From Takakia lepidozioides (taxonomy: Eukaryota; Plantae; Bryophyta), in the NCBI GenBank assembly GCA_030704615.1, contig CM060732.1:4464001-4528000 (forward strand): a stretch of 64,000 nt of DNA, read 5' to 3'. The notes under the pieces were generated by a model. The model was not told the origin of the DNA and searched no databases. It was given only the letters and a program-made list of their open reading frames with translations. The translations under genes and the position numbers were made by a program. Positions 61,563 to 64,000 of this stretch are shown here, piece after piece; position 1 is the stretch's first letter, and each line of letters opens with the position of its first letter.

Positions 61563-64000
61563 ATATTTCCTCTTTGTACTCTTGGGACCTTTTTTGTCCC
61601 CTTTTTATAAAGTTTAAGGATAATGTTGGACTGGTAAGTCCATTTTTTAATACCAGACTGGGCCTGGTATCAAGGGTCCCACCCTTTTTTCATACCAAGC
61701 TCGTATCTACTAGGGTAGCTTGTGCCGTTGGCCTAAGTGTCCAGTGTCATCTATGTCCAAGTGCAATCCCCTATGTCTCCAGAGGTTGGGAGATCTCCAC
61801 ATCATTGTTCCAGGAAAGCCCACTTTGATATTTTTCACAAAGTCCAACTGCGACCTCTAGTGTAGCCTATGCCGTTGGCCCATGTGTGAAGAATTGAAAT
61901 CTAAGAGCATGTGCAATTTCCTATGTATCCAAGTGTGTCTCCTATGTCGAAGTGCTCATGTATCCAAGTGCATCTCCCATGTAGAGGCCCAAGTGTCCAG
62001 TGTTATCTAAGCCCAAGGGCAATCTCCTATGTATCCAAGTACATCTCCCATGTCAAGGCCCAATTTATTTTTTCCCATGAATTTATTGAGTAGTAATATA
62101 TCCAATCATTATTGATATATCTCCCGTCGAAGCTCCAATAATTGTCCCAGGAAAGCCCACTTTGCTATTTTTCGCACCCTCCTCATCAAGGGCTTTTCCA
62201 ACGGTACCAAGCACCAAGGCTGGGAACCCGCGGTCGGGAGATCTCAACGCTACAAAACAAACAAAACAAACAAACAAACTACTTTGCGTCATATATTGAT
62301 ATAGACATGAGCAACTTGGGTATGAATTTGGTATGAATTTTATATTTTGGGCTATGTATGAATATGGTACTGGTACCGTTATTTTGTTTTTTGGATACTG
62401 GGGGTATATGAGCACCGGTATGGTATTTCATCGACATAATATCTCGCGTGATGTCAAAACCATTTTTGAGATTCGATCACTAAGCTCGTTGATCTCCTGG
62501 AATCCACGTCCATATGTCGTGATGTCAGGGAACATTGAAGGAGCCACACCCTACTACAACATAGGCGCAAAAACCTAACGCCATCGCCATATTCATACCT
62601 AGCTCTATCCACCTTAAAATTGCCACAATACTGGTATCGTGACCACACTGCACTTGCGCTTACCCAGACTGGTATTGTATGTGTGGGGGGAAATCCTAAA
62701 GACATACTCCCCACAATACGTGGCCTGATCGTAATGAGGCCGCACCCTGCACAGGGGACAAGGACCGACAGTGGCCCCACTACATTTAAACGGTCCCTAT
62801 TACCCTGTTTCTCTTATATATGAAAAAAACAACAATTTGTTGGCATGGTGGAGATTGTGGTCTGGTGGTAGGTCGACGGTGAGATAATGATGTAGGTGTT
62901 GGGTTCAATTCCTCAAACGCAGTTCCATTGGTTGGCGCTGACTATAACTACTTCCATGGAGGTAGTTTGTAACCACTTTCATGTAGGTAGTTCAGCTTGG
63001 TTTTGCAACTACGTTCATGTAGAGAATCCTAAAACTATGTGTAGAGTGGACTGTCCACCAGCCCAATGGGCACAACGCAGGTGGGCAGTAATGGACTAGA
63101 GGGCAGGAATTATGTCTTGAAGTGGAACTTCGATATTTCCTAACACAGGATCGCTGCTAAACCAATGTTTGTGAACAGAAGTATCAGTTAGCTGGCTGAC
63201 AAGTTCAGGAAACTCTTGCCATGCTCAATATGTACCAAAATCATTTGATGGGGCCCTTCAATGACCGCTTTAGCATTTTGCTTTTAAGAAATTCGGAAAA
63301 CAGCACGAGTGGCTACAGAGTTGTGCAAAAAATAGCTGTACATTCTGCTCATCCAAAATGCATCCACCTCTGTACTTTGATCCATTTATATAATTCATAT
63401 TTGGCAAATTCATCCATAATTTATTTTTTATTTGGAGAAATTTGGCGATTTCATCCATGAAAAAACAAGGAATTTGCTACAAAATATTCCATTTTAGTTT
63501 TTGTGGTCGAAATCTGGCAATAAATCACCAATTAAAAAAAACGCTGGACCGAATTTGCTCTTCAAGGAAGGGCTACCTACATATTGCAAAAAGTAGGACT
63601 TCCTCCCCTTTCCTTTTATTTTTTTCTTTAAAAAAAAAGTGCCCTGCACAGGCTAAGTTATGTTATTTGGCAGCCCCTCACACTGAAGGGCCTACAAAAC
63701 CTTTCATATAATGTAGGCCGGATGTCCTGTTCACCCTTGGGGGTGAAGGGTACATGAAGTATTCTATTTTGAGTGGTTATTTCTGGACGGCCCTTCTGTA
63801 TAGGAGAAGGGTTGAGACCCTTCTCCGGTGTAAAGAACCATGATATTTTGAGTACCTTCCGCCCCTTAATTCCCCTAATGTACGAGGCGACCCGTTTCGG
63901 GTCGCGTCAGGGTCGCGTCAGATATCATCCACGATGGCATATCGTTGGATGACCTTGGATGAAAAAAAAAATTGAACAAAAGTTGTGCGCCTTGATGTCA

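Noticed and set aside
62845-62915. tRNA gene (A/B-box-like tggtctggtggt...ggttcaattcc; a similar B-box lies at ~41565-41580)
   Set aside because: No cloverleaf or acceptor stem could be formed. At most it is a decayed SINE head.

Overview
Eukaryotic plant nuclear DNA. Gene and TE content suggest a non-seed land plant, probably a bryophyte; this is inference. Two intact head-to-head spliced housekeeping genes are present: GPN3 (minus, 6052-11255, 9 exons, one U12-type intron) and ARPC5 (plus, 11723-15341, 4 exons). The rest is mostly transposable elements. At 1-4770 is a putative DNA element with palindromic subterminal arrays and a degraded ParB-like gene. At 15.6-31.7 kb are LINE 3' fragments, a Replitron (HUH) fragment and a ~1 kb-unit inverted satellite. 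At 31.7-57.3 kb is a nested retrotransposon stack: a chromodomain Ty3/gypsy element carrying a sibling copy, a non-autonomous CACTA and a second gypsy element. That second element (42442-53842, minus) is the most notable object. It encodes a DNMT3-like C5 cytosine methyltransferase between protease and RT and a PHD finger after the integrase. Its primer-binding site looks self-priming rather than tRNA-primed. Its LTRs are split or circularly permuted (X-internal-Y-X-Y), as if a two-LTR circle had been integrated through an internal TGACA-GC-TGTCG site. Two truncated relatives (18.8-20.9 kb and 22.3-23.8 kb) end at the same site and keep the self-priming pairing, one with a compensatory change.
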